DNA from: Alphaproteobacteria bacterium
GTDB taxonomy: Bacteria > Pseudomonadota > Alphaproteobacteria > JAPOUT01 > G958296285
DNA: 64,000 bases
NCBI GenBank assembly: GCA_965212075.1
Contig: OZ243043.1
Span: forward strand, 27,167-91,166
Direction of reading: 5' to 3'
Position numbers and translations under genes: made by a program. The notes beneath the pieces were generated by a model, which made no database searches, was not told where the DNA came from, and saw only the letters and a list, made by a program, of their open reading frames with translations. Below, piece by piece: positions 1-9,159 of this stretch. The first letter of the stretch is position 1. Each line of letters begins with the position of its first letter.

Positions 1-501
1 GTCCGCGACCGGCGAGAGCAAAGCCTCCATAGCTTCGGGCGTTCCCTGCGGCAGTTCGGGATTGCCGGTGGTTGACATGATCGACGTTAAACTCAGCACA
101 TGGTCTGGATGATTGGCCGCGACTAGCTGCGCGATCATGCCGCCCATGGAGGCGCCGACAATATGCGCTTTTTTGATGTTCAGTGCGCTCAGCAAAGCGG
201 CGGCATCATCGGCCATATCGCTTAAAGTGTAGGGGACGTCGGGTGTTTTGCCAGCGGCGGAATCGGCGACGAGCTGAAACATATCGGGCACCGGCGCGCT
301 GTCAAATTTTTCCGACAGGCCAATGTCGCGATTGTCAAACCGGATCACCTGAAACCCGCGCTTGACCAAAATATCCACCAGCTCGTCCGGCCATAGGATC
401 AATTGCGCGCCTAGCCCCATAATGAGCAGCACCGTTTCTTTGTTTGGATCGCCTGCGCGCTCATATTCAATTTTTATGCCATTGGCTTTGATTGAGGCCA
501 T
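1..501 (-). CDS. Alpha/beta hydrolase (runs off the window start)
   Basis: Manual translation from ATG at 501: MASIKANGIKIEYERAGDP...LLIMGLGAQL...IRFDNRDIGLS...HIVGASMGGMIAQ (GxSxG nucleophile motif). AAGGAG RBS upstream. Confidence 0.85.
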   Translation of the reverse strand, partial: MASIKANGIKIEYERAGDPNKETVLLIMGLGAQLILWPDELVDILVKRGFQVIRFDNRDIGLSEKFDSAPVPDMFQLVADSAAGKTPDVPYTLSDMADDAAALLSALNIKKAHIVGASMGGMIAQLVAANHPDHVLSLTSIMSTTGNPELPQGTPEAMEALLSPVAD

Positions 502-523
502 GATGTCTCTCCTTTGGTTTGTT

Positions 524-1111
524 TTAGTTTGTTTGTTCTAGTTGATTTTTGGGTGTCTGTCCCCAGCCGACATTTTTATTTTCGGCGAGATAGGCGTCTT
601 CTGGAGCCGTATTGGCGCGGCCTAAAATTGCATTGCGATGCGGGAAGCGGCCAAAGCGCTCAATGATCTGCGCATGATCTTCAATGAACTTCAGATTGCT
701 GGGCGATGTTGTCGTGCGCTCGGTGAAATATCTGACCGACAAAGCCTGATCTTCCACACTTTCAGAATGTTCAAAGGGCGTATAAAACCAGATGCGATCT
801 GGCCCGTCATAGTCAAGATCAAAGCCCTGCGCGATACTTCGTCGCGCAATTTCGCGCGCTTTTTCATCGCAGGCGAACGCACCGGCCTCGCCGCGATAGA
901 TATTGCGCGAAAACTGATCCAAGATGATGACGAGCGCCAAAGCTGTTTCAGCCTTGTCGCACCAGTCATCAAGCTGGCCGTCGGCGGCGTCTTGATGAAG
1001 CGCGTGAAATCTTGTTTTGATTTCTGCATCAAAGGCGGGGTTCGCAGCCCACCATTTTTTCTCACCAGAAGCGCGCCAAAATTCCAAAACATCGAGCGCG
1101 GTTTTATTCAT
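524..1111 (-). CDS. DUF924 family protein
   Basis: Motifs ILDQFSRNIYRG, FYTPFEHSE, RFGRFPHRNAILGR. Confidence 0.85.
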   Translation of the reverse strand: MNKTALDVLEFWRASGEKKWWAANPAFDAEIKTRFHALHQDAADGQLDDWCDKAETALALVIILDQFSRNIYRGEAGAFACDEKAREIARRSIAQGFDLDYDGPDRIWFYTPFEHSESVEDQALSVRYFTERTTTSPSNLKFIEDHAQIIERFGRFPHRNAILGRANTAPEDAYLAENKNVGWGQTPKNQLEQTN

Positions 1112-1112
1112 A

Positions 1113-2903
1113 TCAGAGCCTCATGCCGCCAGACATGATTTTGTCATAGCTTGAACCATCAAGCGGGGTATAAGACTTTGTTTCCGGATTGTTGAACAAG
1201 ATCGGGTCGGAGATTTTTGCCGGATCAAACCCATCCTTAACGAGGTCCACTTTGCGATGTTTGAACGTGCCGGTGACTTCTATTTCTTTTTGCATCCGCA
1301 GGAAGACGGGTCGCGCATAAGCGGGCAGCTGGCTTGAGATATGTTCGTAGAACTTTTTGAAATCAACATCGCCTGCGACGACAAGCGAAGCCATGCCCGC
1401 GCGGCCATCAGTGCCGGGGACATTGACGCCATAGACATTGACATCGCTGATCCCTTCAAAGGTGGACAGCACTTCGGCGACCTCTGACGTGGCGACATTT
1501 TCGCCCTTCCAGCGAAATGTATCGCCGATGCGGTCAATGAAATAGAAATAGCCCTTTTTGTCAAATTTCAGCAGATCGCCAGTGCGGAACCACCGGTCGC
1601 CTTTTTTGAAAACATCATGCATGATTTTGCCCTGTGTTTCCTTTTTGCCGACATAGCCTTCAAAGCGAGCGAAGGGCTTGTCGGGGTCATCGTCGAAGAT
1701 TTCCCCGAGCAATTCGCCGACCTCGTCTGGTCCGCATTTGATGCAAAAGCCTTCTTGATTGCGCACGGGCTCTTCTTTTTCAATGTCAAACTGCGCGACT
1801 TCAAGGTTGGAGCGCGAGCGCGCCCATCCGGGAACGCGCCCGACAGCGCCAACTTGGCCGTCGAAGTTAACCAGCGACACATTGCCTTCAGTAGCGCCAT
1901 AAAACTCAATAATTTTGGGTATTTTGAAGCGCTTTTGAAAATCCGGCCAGATATCCGGCCGCAGGCCATTGCCGACGATTCTTTCGAGTTTATGGTCCTG
2001 TTCGTGCTCTTGCGGAGGCGCGGTGGTGAGATAGCGGCACAGCTCGCCGATATATTGGAATTGTGTGATGCCATGTTTGTATATGTCGTCCCAGAAATCG
2101 CGCACCGAGAATTTGCGCTTCAACACCATCGCGCCGCCGGTCAGCATGGTCGTGCCGACGGCGCACATGCCGCCCGCCGAGTGATAGAGCGGCAGGATTA
2201 TATAATTGCGGTCATGCGGTTTGGCTTTGGTGATTTTGGAGAAAATCGACATGATGCCCAGCATGCGGCGGTGCGAGAGGCGCGCAGCTTTAGGATTGCC
2301 GGTTGTGCCGCTGGTATAGATGTAGAGCGCATCGTCGTTAAAATCGATTTTTTGCTCCTCTGGCAGGATGAAGGGTTCGCTGGGCATAGTGGCGAGCGCC
2401 TCATCGATATTTTTTGAACCTTGCATCTGTCCTTCCTGTGTCCAGAGCTCCGGCGTGAATTCAAGCATATCGGCGGCGCCGGCATATTGCTCGCCCAGTT
2501 CGGCGCCGAGAATGATATGTTTTGCGCCCGATATGTTCAGACAATGCGCAAGCGGCTTGCTGGTCAAATGCGTGTTGATCAAAGCAGCCGTGCCGCCTGC
2601 GCGCAAAATGCCAACCCAGCACATCAGATATTCCGAACGATTTTCCATCATCAAAGCGACGACTTCGCCTTTCTTTGTGTTTTGCGCTTTCATCCAATGC
2701 GCATAGGCATCGGCGCGGCGGTCAAACTCATCATAGGTGATGGTTTTGCCCTCAAAGATGAGGAGCGGCTTGTCGCCATGCTTCTTGATGACCGCATCAA
2801 ACTCCGTGATGAACGTCGTGTCGGTCTGTGTGCTGAGCCTTTTCAGCTCATTGGTCATGCCGATCGCGTCGATGGCAAAACGGATTTCTTTCAACAATCC
2901 CAT
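1113..2903 (-). CDS. Long-chain acyl-CoA synthetase (FATP/FACL type)
   Basis: AMP-binding YIYTSGTTGNPKA, FYGATEGN, FRTGDLL, DRIGDTFRWKGENV. Confidence 0.9.
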   Translation of the reverse strand: MGLLKEIRFAIDAIGMTNELKRLSTQTDTTFITEFDAVIKKHGDKPLLIFEGKTITYDEFDRRADAYAHWMKAQNTKKGEVVALMMENRSEYLMCWVGILRAGGTAALINTHLTSKPLAHCLNISGAKHIILGAELGEQYAGAADMLEFTPELWTQEGQMQGSKNIDEALATMPSEPFILPEEQKIDFNDDALYIYTSGTTGNPKAARLSHRRMLGIMSIFSKITKAKPHDRNYIILPLYHSAGGMCAVGTTMLTGGAMVLKRKFSVRDFWDDIYKHGITQFQYIGELCRYLTTAPPQEHEQDHKLERIVGNGLRPDIWPDFQKRFKIPKIIEFYGATEGNVSLVNFDGQVGAVGRVPGWARSRSNLEVAQFDIEKEEPVRNQEGFCIKCGPDEVGELLGEIFDDDPDKPFARFEGYVGKKETQGKIMHDVFKKGDRWFRTGDLLKFDKKGYFYFIDRIGDTFRWKGENVATSEVAEVLSTFEGISDVNVYGVNVPGTDGRAGMASLVVAGDVDFKKFYEHISSQLPAYARPVFLRMQKEIEVTGTFKHRKVDLVKDGFDPAKISDPILFNNPETKSYTPLDGSSYDKIMSGGMRL

Positions 2904-2951
2904 GATGATACCTCCCTGTTCACTACGGATAGAAGGATATTATAGCATAAA

Positions 2952-3285
2952 TGGTGGCGCTGGAGAGACTCGAACTCTCACATCCTTGCGGATAACGGAT
3001 TTTGCATCACACTGCGGCTTTCACCGCGAAGAGAGGCCTCTTCTTTGTGCGCTGGACTATGCCTTCGGCCTATGGGGAGGTGAAAACTTATACACCGCCG
3101 CCACTTAGCTGCCCGCCGTCTAGTCTCTACACGTTCCCTTACCCTTGCGGGCTGGGGCTTCGCTCGGCGTTGGCCTCAGCCGGACTGGAGGCGTTCACCG
3201 AATTTGACGAGTTCTACTTCCGGCGTTTCCCCCGGAGCAACCCCTTTTTGAAGTCCGTCGCGTCTACCAATTCCGCCACAGCGCC
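2952..3285 (-). tRNA. tRNA-Leu(CAA) interrupted by a group I intron; exons 3285-3252 and 3004-2952
   Basis: Joined exons give 87 nt: acceptor GGCGCTG/CAGCGCC-A-CCA, D-loop GGAATTGGTAGAC, anticodon arm ACGGA-CT|CAAAA-TCCGT, long variable arm, T-loop GTTCGAGTC. Confidence 0.92.
3005..3251 (-). ncRNA. Group I self-splicing intron, 247 nt, no ORF
   Basis: 5' exon ends in U and intron ends in G. P1 GACU|UC pairs with GGGGUU (U.G at the splice site). Core elements: P AAATTCGGTGAAC, Q AACGCCGAGC, R GTAGAGACTAGACGG, S AAGGCATAGTCC. Confidence 0.9.
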
Positions 3286-3375
3286 CTTCCTCTTTTCTTA
3301 TCATATCTGCGCGGGGCGCGCTAGGTGAGGTGAGGGGATTTGGCAAGATAGAGGCTGCGGGGTAAGGTCGGGCAG

Positions 3376-4428
3376 ATGGAGACGGCAGCGACATTTCCGC
3401 CATTTTATCGGCGCCTGCGCGAAGGGGTTCGCTCGCGCTGGGCGCTGTTGGTTTTGGCGGTGGCGAGTGTTTCTGAGGCGATTATTTCCCCTCTGCCGCC
3501 CGACGTTCTACTCGCGCCGATGACGATCGCCGCGCCCGCGCGCGCTTGGCGCTTGGCCGGATTGACGACTTTGTTTTCGGTTGCGGGCGGCATTGCCGGA
3601 TATTTCATCGGCGTATTTTTCATGGATTATTTTGGCTGGGCGCTGCTTGATCTTTACGGGCTGCGCGAGCAATTTGCGCGCTTTGAAAGCCTTTATCAAA
3701 ATTATGGCATAGCGGTTGTGCTGGTCGGCGCGTTCACGCCGATCCCTTATAAAGTGATCGCCATCACGAGCGGCGCGGCCTCTTTGAACCCGTTTGTTTT
3801 TATTTTTTTCAGCCTGCTGGGGCGCGGCGGGCGATTTTTTATCGTCGCTGGTCTCTGCCGCCTTTGGGGGCCTGCGGCGGAAGAGCTTTTGCTGCGGCTG
3901 GCTTTCGGCACAAAATTGAAACAGGCTTTGTCTTTAATTTTTTCAGGAATTCTTGCTAGCGTGTTGATTGTTTTGCTGGGCGCATTTTACTTTGAATATA
4001 TCGTTGGGCTTCAGCCCTGCGCGCTTTGTCTGTGGCAGCGCTGGCCTTATTATGCGGTGGCCGCTCTTTGTTTTGCCGCTTTGTTCTTGCCGCTTGAGCG
4101 GCTTCGCTGGGGCGTTTTGGCTTTATGTTGTTTGATATTTATCGCCAGCGCTTTATTGGGGGGCTATCATGCGGGCGTGGAATGGGCTTGGTGGCCCGGT
4201 CCGGCGCAATGCGCGGCGGCAGCAGACATCGCCGAGAGCACACAAGGCCTGATGACGCAGCTCGCCACCGCCGCGCCGCCGAGCTGTGATGAAGCGCCAT
4301 GGCGCTTGTGGGGCCTGTCGCTGGCGGGGTATAATTTTTTGATCTCTCTGGCTTTTGCCGGATTCACCTTATTCACCTTTAGGAACTATGATGAGTCAAG
4401 AAAAGAAAACTTCAGAAAAAAAGACTGA
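3376..4428 (+). CDS. YqaA/DedA (VTT) domain fused to a DsbB-family disulfide bond formation domain
   Basis: N half: SEAIISPLPPDVLL, FTPIPYKVIAITSG, GRGGRFF. C half: PCALCLWQRWPY, YHAGVE, C...CDEAPWRLWGLSLAGYN. Confidence 0.8.
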   Translation: METAATFPPFYRRLREGVRSRWALLVLAVASVSEAIISPLPPDVLLAPMTIAAPARAWRLAGLTTLFSVAGGIAGYFIGVFFMDYFGWALLDLYGLREQFARFESLYQNYGIAVVLVGAFTPIPYKVIAITSGAASLNPFVFIFFSLLGRGGRFFIVAGLCRLWGPAAEELLLRLAFGTKLKQALSLIFSGILASVLIVLLGAFYFEYIVGLQPCALCLWQRWPYYAVAALCFAALFLPLERLRWGVLALCCLIFIASALLGGYHAGVEWAWWPGPAQCAAAADIAESTQGLMTQLATAAPPSCDEAPWRLWGLSLAGYNFLISLAFAGFTLFTFRNYDESRKENFRKKD

Positions 4429-4918
4429 CGTAATGGCGCGCGTCAATCACGCTGGAGAATATGGCGCAGTGCGCATTTATCAAGGTCAGGCGGCTTTGTT
4501 TGACCGCAGCAATAAGCGCGCGGCGCGCCAAGTCAAGGAGATGGCCGCACATGAGCAGGAACATCTTGCCTTTTTTGAGGCGATGATCGCGCGGGAGAAC
4601 ATTCGCCCGACGGCTCTTTTGCCGGTTTGGCACGCTGCCGGATTTATGCTCGGTGCCGCGACCGCTTTGCTGGGACGGCAGGCGGCGATGGCCTGCACGC
4701 AGGCGGTGGAGGAGGTGATTGACGATCATTATACCCGCCAGCTTGATGAGCTAGGCGAGGAAGATAAAGCCTTGAAGCAGGAGATCGCGCGCTTTCGCGA
4801 TGATGAGCGTGCGCATCGCGATATTGCGCTTTTGGAAGGCGAGGATAATTTCCCTGTGATGCGCGCAGGGATTGCGGCGATCTGCCGCGCAGCGATTGCG
4901 CTCTCTTCGCGTTTTTAG
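4388..4918 (+). CDS. coq7: Demethoxyubiquinone hydroxylase (COQ7 di-iron family)
   Basis: RVNHAGEYGAVRIYQGQ, EQEH, AVEEVIDDHY, DDERAH. Confidence 0.9.
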   Translation: MMSQEKKTSEKKTDVMARVNHAGEYGAVRIYQGQAALFDRSNKRAARQVKEMAAHEQEHLAFFEAMIARENIRPTALLPVWHAAGFMLGAATALLGRQAAMACTQAVEEVIDDHYTRQLDELGEEDKALKQEIARFRDDERAHRDIALLEGEDNFPVMRAGIAAICRAAIALSSRF

Positions 4919-4967
4919 GCGATTTATATATAATTCTAGCTAAAAGGTTTCCAAGCTTTTAATTTCC

Positions 4968-5026
4968 GTCATTCCCGCAAAGGTGGGTGAAGCTCTTGGC
5001 GATTCCTCTGTCAGCGGGAATCCAGT
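4968..5026. repeat. REP/RPE-like palindrome GTCATTCCCGC...GCGGGAATCCAG with a long loop
   Basis: Arms ATTCCCGC (4971-4978) and GCGGGAAT (5014-5021), intergenic between convergent genes. Confidence 0.55.
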
Positions 5027-5110
5027 GAACGGGCATCATCAGGGCGTAGCATTTTCAACGAGAGGCTGATTTGGTTTCCTGCTTCATTTTCGCCCAGTCT
5101 TGGTGCGCGT

Positions 5111-6175
5111 TTAAGAATTTGGATTAGCGAAACCATCTCCGAAAGAGCCAGCTTTGCGCCGCGTATGATGAACGAGCTCGCCACGGCGATCATCTTTGTC
5201 GGGCAGCGAGGTGGCGCGTTTGAGCACATCGAGATAGGAGGCTTCGGTCTCCATGTTTTCGGTGAGGCCGTTTTGCGCGAGATATTTTTGCAAGCGCGGC
5301 AGCCGATAGCAAGGCACCCACATCAGCAAATGATGTTCAATATGATAATTGACCCAGTAGGGGGCGATAAAGGCGCGCGCGCGCCATCCGGCGCGTGTTG
5401 TTCTGGTGTTGCGCAGGGGGTCGTCATTGTCGGGCACGACGGCGTGTTCGGCGATATTGCGGATGCGCGTGACCAATTGATGCCAGGTCAAAAAAGGAAT
5501 GAGCCAGAGCAAAAGATAAAGCTCGGGATATCCGGCGAAGGTGAGAATAGCTAAGATGACGAGCTGTACCGCGAGGGGGCCTCCTAATTTGCTGATGAAA
5601 TATCTGCAGCGCGTTTTGAGGCTCCATGTCGGTTTGCCAAGTGCTGCGATGATCTGCGCTTTGCGCTGCTGGTATCCGGTCTGGCCGGTCAGGTCGCGAA
5701 TGAATTTGCGCCGCAGGCTTGCGCGCGTGATCGGGAAAGGCGCAGAGAGGATCAGATCGGGATCATCTTCCTGCTGTGTGCGCGCATGATGTTTGAGGTG
5801 ATAGCGGCGATAGGAGTCGGTGCGCGCGATGACCGGCCAGGCGAAAAACAGATCGCTGATCCAGTCATTGATATAGCGGTTTGGATGGATTGTGCCATGG
5901 GCGGCATCATGCATCAGCACGGCGAGGCCGAGCTGCCGCGTACCGATCAGCGCAACCGCGAACGGATAAAAGGCGACGGCGATCGCCCAATGCGGCGCAA
6001 GCGCAAACGCTGTCATTGTAAGCGCAATCACGCTCCAAGCATGAACGATCAGCCAGAGATTCCGCATATAAGAGCGTTTGCGGATCTTTGCCTTCTGGCT
6101 TTCGGTAAGAATCTGGTTCAACCGCATGAAATGATTATAGCATGATCTGTCTTGATAAAATGACTTATCTTTCAA
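5111..6175 (-). CDS. Membrane fatty acid desaturase family protein
   Basis: His boxes HDAAH, HLKHH, EH, HIEHH. Confidence 0.88.
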   Translation of the reverse strand: MKDKSFYQDRSCYNHFMRLNQILTESQKAKIRKRSYMRNLWLIVHAWSVIALTMTAFALAPHWAIAVAFYPFAVALIGTRQLGLAVLMHDAAHGTIHPNRYINDWISDLFFAWPVIARTDSYRRYHLKHHARTQQEDDPDLILSAPFPITRASLRRKFIRDLTGQTGYQQRKAQIIAALGKPTWSLKTRCRYFISKLGGPLAVQLVILAILTFAGYPELYLLLWLIPFLTWHQLVTRIRNIAEHAVVPDNDDPLRNTRTTRAGWRARAFIAPYWVNYHIEHHLLMWVPCYRLPRLQKYLAQNGLTENMETEASYLDVLKRATSLPDKDDRRGELVHHTRRKAGSFGDGFANPNS

Positions 6176-6200
6176 TGGCTTATCATAGCCTTATCGCTGC

Positions 6201-6866
6201 TTAAGGCGTTGAGAGATGTGCGGCTAAAAATTGTCCGCCAAGCTGCAGCCCGTCAGGCATGATGGAATGGCCGCCGCCTTGGCTGATATGATATTTAACT
6301 TCAAACCCCGCGTCGCCCAGTCTTTGTGCAGCGTTTAATGTTGCGGTTGCGGGGATCATCGGGTCTTTGTCGCCATGAATGAGCAGGATCGGCGGGCGTA
6401 ATTTAATGTCTGCCAGATTTTCTTTTTCGGGCAGAGCGCCGGAATAGCCGCAGATCGCCGCCGGTGCAATCTTGCGGCGCAGGCCGACATGGAGCGCCAT
6501 CATCGTCCCTTGACTAAATCCGACCAGAGCGAGCCGATGATCCTCGACGCCCAGCCGCGCCAATTCATGGGCTAAGAAATCTTCAAGCAGACTGGCCGCG
6601 CTTTCGACGCCGGCTCGCATTTTTTCGGGATCGCGGTCGCGCGCGATCGCAAACCATTGATAGCCGAACCCGCCCATATCGCATGGCTGAGGCGCATTGG
6701 GCGCAACAAAGACCGTGTTGGGCAGAAGTTTTTGCCAATGAGGAGCAAGGCCGATGAGGTCTGCGCCGTCGGCGCCATAGCCATGACAGAACACGATGAG
6801 GCTGTCGGCCTGTCCAGAGGCGGCATCAAGCTGCGGACCAGTTAATGAATTTTTTGCCATATCCAT
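6201..6866 (-). CDS. Phospholipase/carboxylesterase
   Basis: HGYGADG, GFSQG, HGDKD, GGHSI. Confidence 0.88.
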   Translation of the reverse strand: MDMAKNSLTGPQLDAASGQADSLIVFCHGYGADGADLIGLAPHWQKLLPNTVFVAPNAPQPCDMGGFGYQWFAIARDRDPEKMRAGVESAASLLEDFLAHELARLGVEDHRLALVGFSQGTMMALHVGLRRKIAPAAICGYSGALPEKENLADIKLRPPILLIHGDKDPMIPATATLNAAQRLGDAGFEVKYHISQGGGHSIMPDGLQLGGQFLAAHLSTP

Positions 6867-6885
6867 TCTCCTGTTATTCTTGCCT

Positions 6886-7074
6886 ATGATTTATTTTGTT
6901 TTAGCCGGTCTGGCCTTCGTTGTCGGGGTTTTATTTTTAGGGCTTTATAACATGGTGCGCAAAGATCGCTCGGCGCAGCGCGCGCAGAAATTGATGAAGC
7001 TGCGTGTTTGGGGTCAGCTGGGGGTTGTGGCGCTTTTAGCGGTGAGCGCCTGTCTGGTGAGCGGCGCGGATTAA
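6886..7074 (+). CDS. HIG1-like twin-transmembrane small protein
   Basis: Two hydrophobic helices around GLYNM...QKLMKLRVWGQ. Confidence 0.65.
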   Translation: MIYFVLAGLAFVVGVLFLGLYNMVRKDRSAQRAQKLMKLRVWGQLGVVALLAVSACLVSGAD

Positions 7075-7075
7075 A

Positions 7076-8020
7076 TCAATAGCCCGCTTTGGTGAGCGCG
7101 GCCTCCAATTCGGGGATGGCGGTGAAGAGGTCGGCGACGAGGCCGTAATCGGCGATCTGCATGATCGGCGCTTCTTCGTCTTTATTGATGGCGACGATGG
7201 TTTTGGAATCCTTCATGCCCGCGAGGTGCTGGATCGCGCCTGATATGCCGACGGCGATATAGAGTTCGGGTGCGACGGTTTTGCCGGTCTGGCCGACTTG
7301 GTAATCATTGGGGACATAGCCCGCATCGACGGCTGCGCGCGAAGCGCCGATCGCCGCGCCTAATTTGTCGGCGATTTTTTCAAGCAGGACGAAATTGTCG
7401 CCCGATTGCATGCCGCGCCCGCCGGAGATGACGATGCGCGCCGCCGTGAGTTCGGGGCGATCGGATTGCGTCAGCTCTGCGCCGATATGTTCCGACAGAT
7501 CTGTTTTAAGATCGGCGACATCCACTTTTTCAACCGCGCCTGCGCCGCCTTCTTCAGCGGCAGGGAAAGACGTGCCGCGCACGGTCATAACTTTTTTGGC
7601 GTCTTTGCTTTTGACCGTCTGGATCGCATTGCCGGCATAAATAGGCCGCTCAAATTCATCTTTGCTGATGACCGCGCTGATCTCGGAAATCTGCGCGACG
7701 TCGAGCAAAGCCGCGACGCGCGGCAGGACATTTTTCCCCATCGTCGTCGCGGCGGCGAGGATATGCTCGTAATTTTCAGCCAGCTTCGTGATGAGGTCTG
7801 CCATCGGCTCGGCGAGGTGGCTGCCCAGACTTTGATGATCGGCGTGCAAAACTTTGCCGACGCCGGTTAGTTTTGCCGCGCTCTGCGCGACCGCATCGCA
7901 TTGATCTCCGGCGACCAGCACGGCGATGTCTTGATCGATTTTCGCCGCCGCCCCGACCGCTTTGGCCGTCGTCGCATTGAGCGTCTGGTTATCATGTTCG
8001 GCAATGACGAGAACAGCCAT
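7076..8020 (-). CDS. etfA: Electron transfer flavoprotein alpha subunit
   Basis: [34 protein letters not shown]. Confidence 0.95.
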   Translation of the reverse strand: MAVLVIAEHDNQTLNATTAKAVGAAAKIDQDIAVLVAGDQCDAVAQSAAKLTGVGKVLHADHQSLGSHLAEPMADLITKLAENYEHILAAATTMGKNVLPRVAALLDVAQISEISAVISKDEFERPIYAGNAIQTVKSKDAKKVMTVRGTSFPAAEEGGAGAVEKVDVADLKTDLSEHIGAELTQSDRPELTAARIVISGGRGMQSGDNFVLLEKIADKLGAAIGASRAAVDAGYVPNDYQVGQTGKTVAPELYIAVGISGAIQHLAGMKDSKTIVAINKDEEAPIMQIADYGLVADLFTAIPELEAALTKAGY

Positions 8021-8021
8021 A

Positions 8022-8771
8022 TTAAATCACCCCCGCTTCTTCTTTGAGTTTGGCGACCAATTCGTCGGCATTTTCCACTTTTCCGCCGCCCTTGCGCTCT
8101 ACCGGCGGCAGGGTTTTGATGATTTCAAGATGCGGCGCGATGTCCACGCCATAATCGCCTGCGGTTTTTGCGGCGATCTCTTTTTTCTTGGCTTTCATGA
8201 TGTTAGGCAGGCTCGCATAGCGCGGCTCGTTGAGGCGCAAATCGGTGGTGATGATTGCGGGCATTTTGATTTTGATCGTCTGCAGCCCGCCGTCAATTTC
8301 GCGCACGACTTTGGCGTGGCCGTCTTCAAGTGCCAGTTCGGAGGCAAAGGTTCCCTGCGACCAGCCCAGCAAAGCGGCGAGCATCTGGCCTGTTTGGTTG
8401 CAGTCATCGTCAATCGCCTGTTTGCCCAATATGACCAGATCGGGCTTTTCCTCATCGGCGACGGCTTTGAGCAGTTTTGCGACCGCGAGAGGCTCGGGCA
8501 TCGTCTCGGTTTCAATCAAGATGCCGCGATCAGCGCCCATCGCGAGCGCCGTGCGGATGGTCTCGGCGGCGGCCTTGTCGCCGATAGAGATCGCGATGAT
8601 CTCTTTGGCGGTGCCTGCCTCTTTGAGCCGCACCGCCTCTTCCACGGCGATCTCGTCAAAGGGGTTCATCGACATTTTGACATTGTTCAGATCAACGCCC
8701 GACCCGTCGGGCTTGACGTGGATTTTGACGTTATAATCAACCACCCGTTTGACGGGGATCAGGATTTTCAT
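8022..8771 (-). CDS. etfB: Electron transfer flavoprotein beta subunit
   Basis: [41 protein letters not shown]. Confidence 0.95.
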   Translation of the reverse strand: MKILIPVKRVVDYNVKIHVKPDGSGVDLNNVKMSMNPFDEIAVEEAVRLKEAGTAKEIIAISIGDKAAAETIRTALAMGADRGILIETETMPEPLAVAKLLKAVADEEKPDLVILGKQAIDDDCNQTGQMLAALLGWSQGTFASELALEDGHAKVVREIDGGLQTIKIKMPAIITTDLRLNEPRYASLPNIMKAKKKEIAAKTAGDYGVDIAPHLEIIKTLPPVERKGGGKVENADELVAKLKEEAGVI

Positions 8772-8835
8772 AATGGCTCCCTAGTTTTTGCTTGCTCCGA
8801 AATTAAGGGAGCGGAGTGAATCTGTCAAATGCAGC

Positions 8836-9159
8836 TTACGGGGTATTTTTGTTCCAAATATCCTCAAGCTGGTAGTAGGCGCGCACTTCGGGGCGAAAGA
8901 TATGGACGATAACATCTCCGGCATCGACGAGCGCCCAGTTTCCGGCGGGGAGGCCTTCAATGCGGGCGTTGATCTGTGCGTGTTTTTTCAGATGTTCGGC
9001 GAGGCGCTCGGCGAGTGCCGCGACGTGGCGGCTGCTCGTGCCGGAGGCGATGACCATATCATCGGCTAGGGCCCTATCTTTATTGAGAGGAATATGGAGA
9101 AGATTTTCAGCTTGGCCGTCATTCAAGCAGGTTTTGACGATCTCAAGGATTTTGGCCAT
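8836..9159 (-). CDS. rsfS: Ribosome silencing factor (Iojap)
   Basis: MVIASGTSSRHV, WALVDAGDVIVHIFRPEVRAYYQLEDIW. Confidence 0.93.
   Translation of the reverse strand: MAKILEIVKTCLNDGQAENLLHIPLNKDRALADDMVIASGTSSRHVAALAERLAEHLKKHAQINARIEGLPAGNWALVDAGDVIVHIFRPEVRAYYQLEDIWNKNTP

Noticed and set aside
2904-3375. tRNA-Leu as an island integration site
   Set aside because: No integrase or duplicated tRNA 3' end was seen; the flanks are ordinary genes.
3002-3403. ORFs 3002-3328(+) and 3176-3403(-) as proteins or a homing endonuclease
   Set aside because: They overlap the tRNA and intron and show no nuclease motif; the intron is too short to encode one.
7962-8819. Long antisense ORFs (e.g. 7962-8819, 1617-2417, 47859-48539)
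   Set aside because: They are shadow or alternative frames of well-supported genes and carry no motifs.
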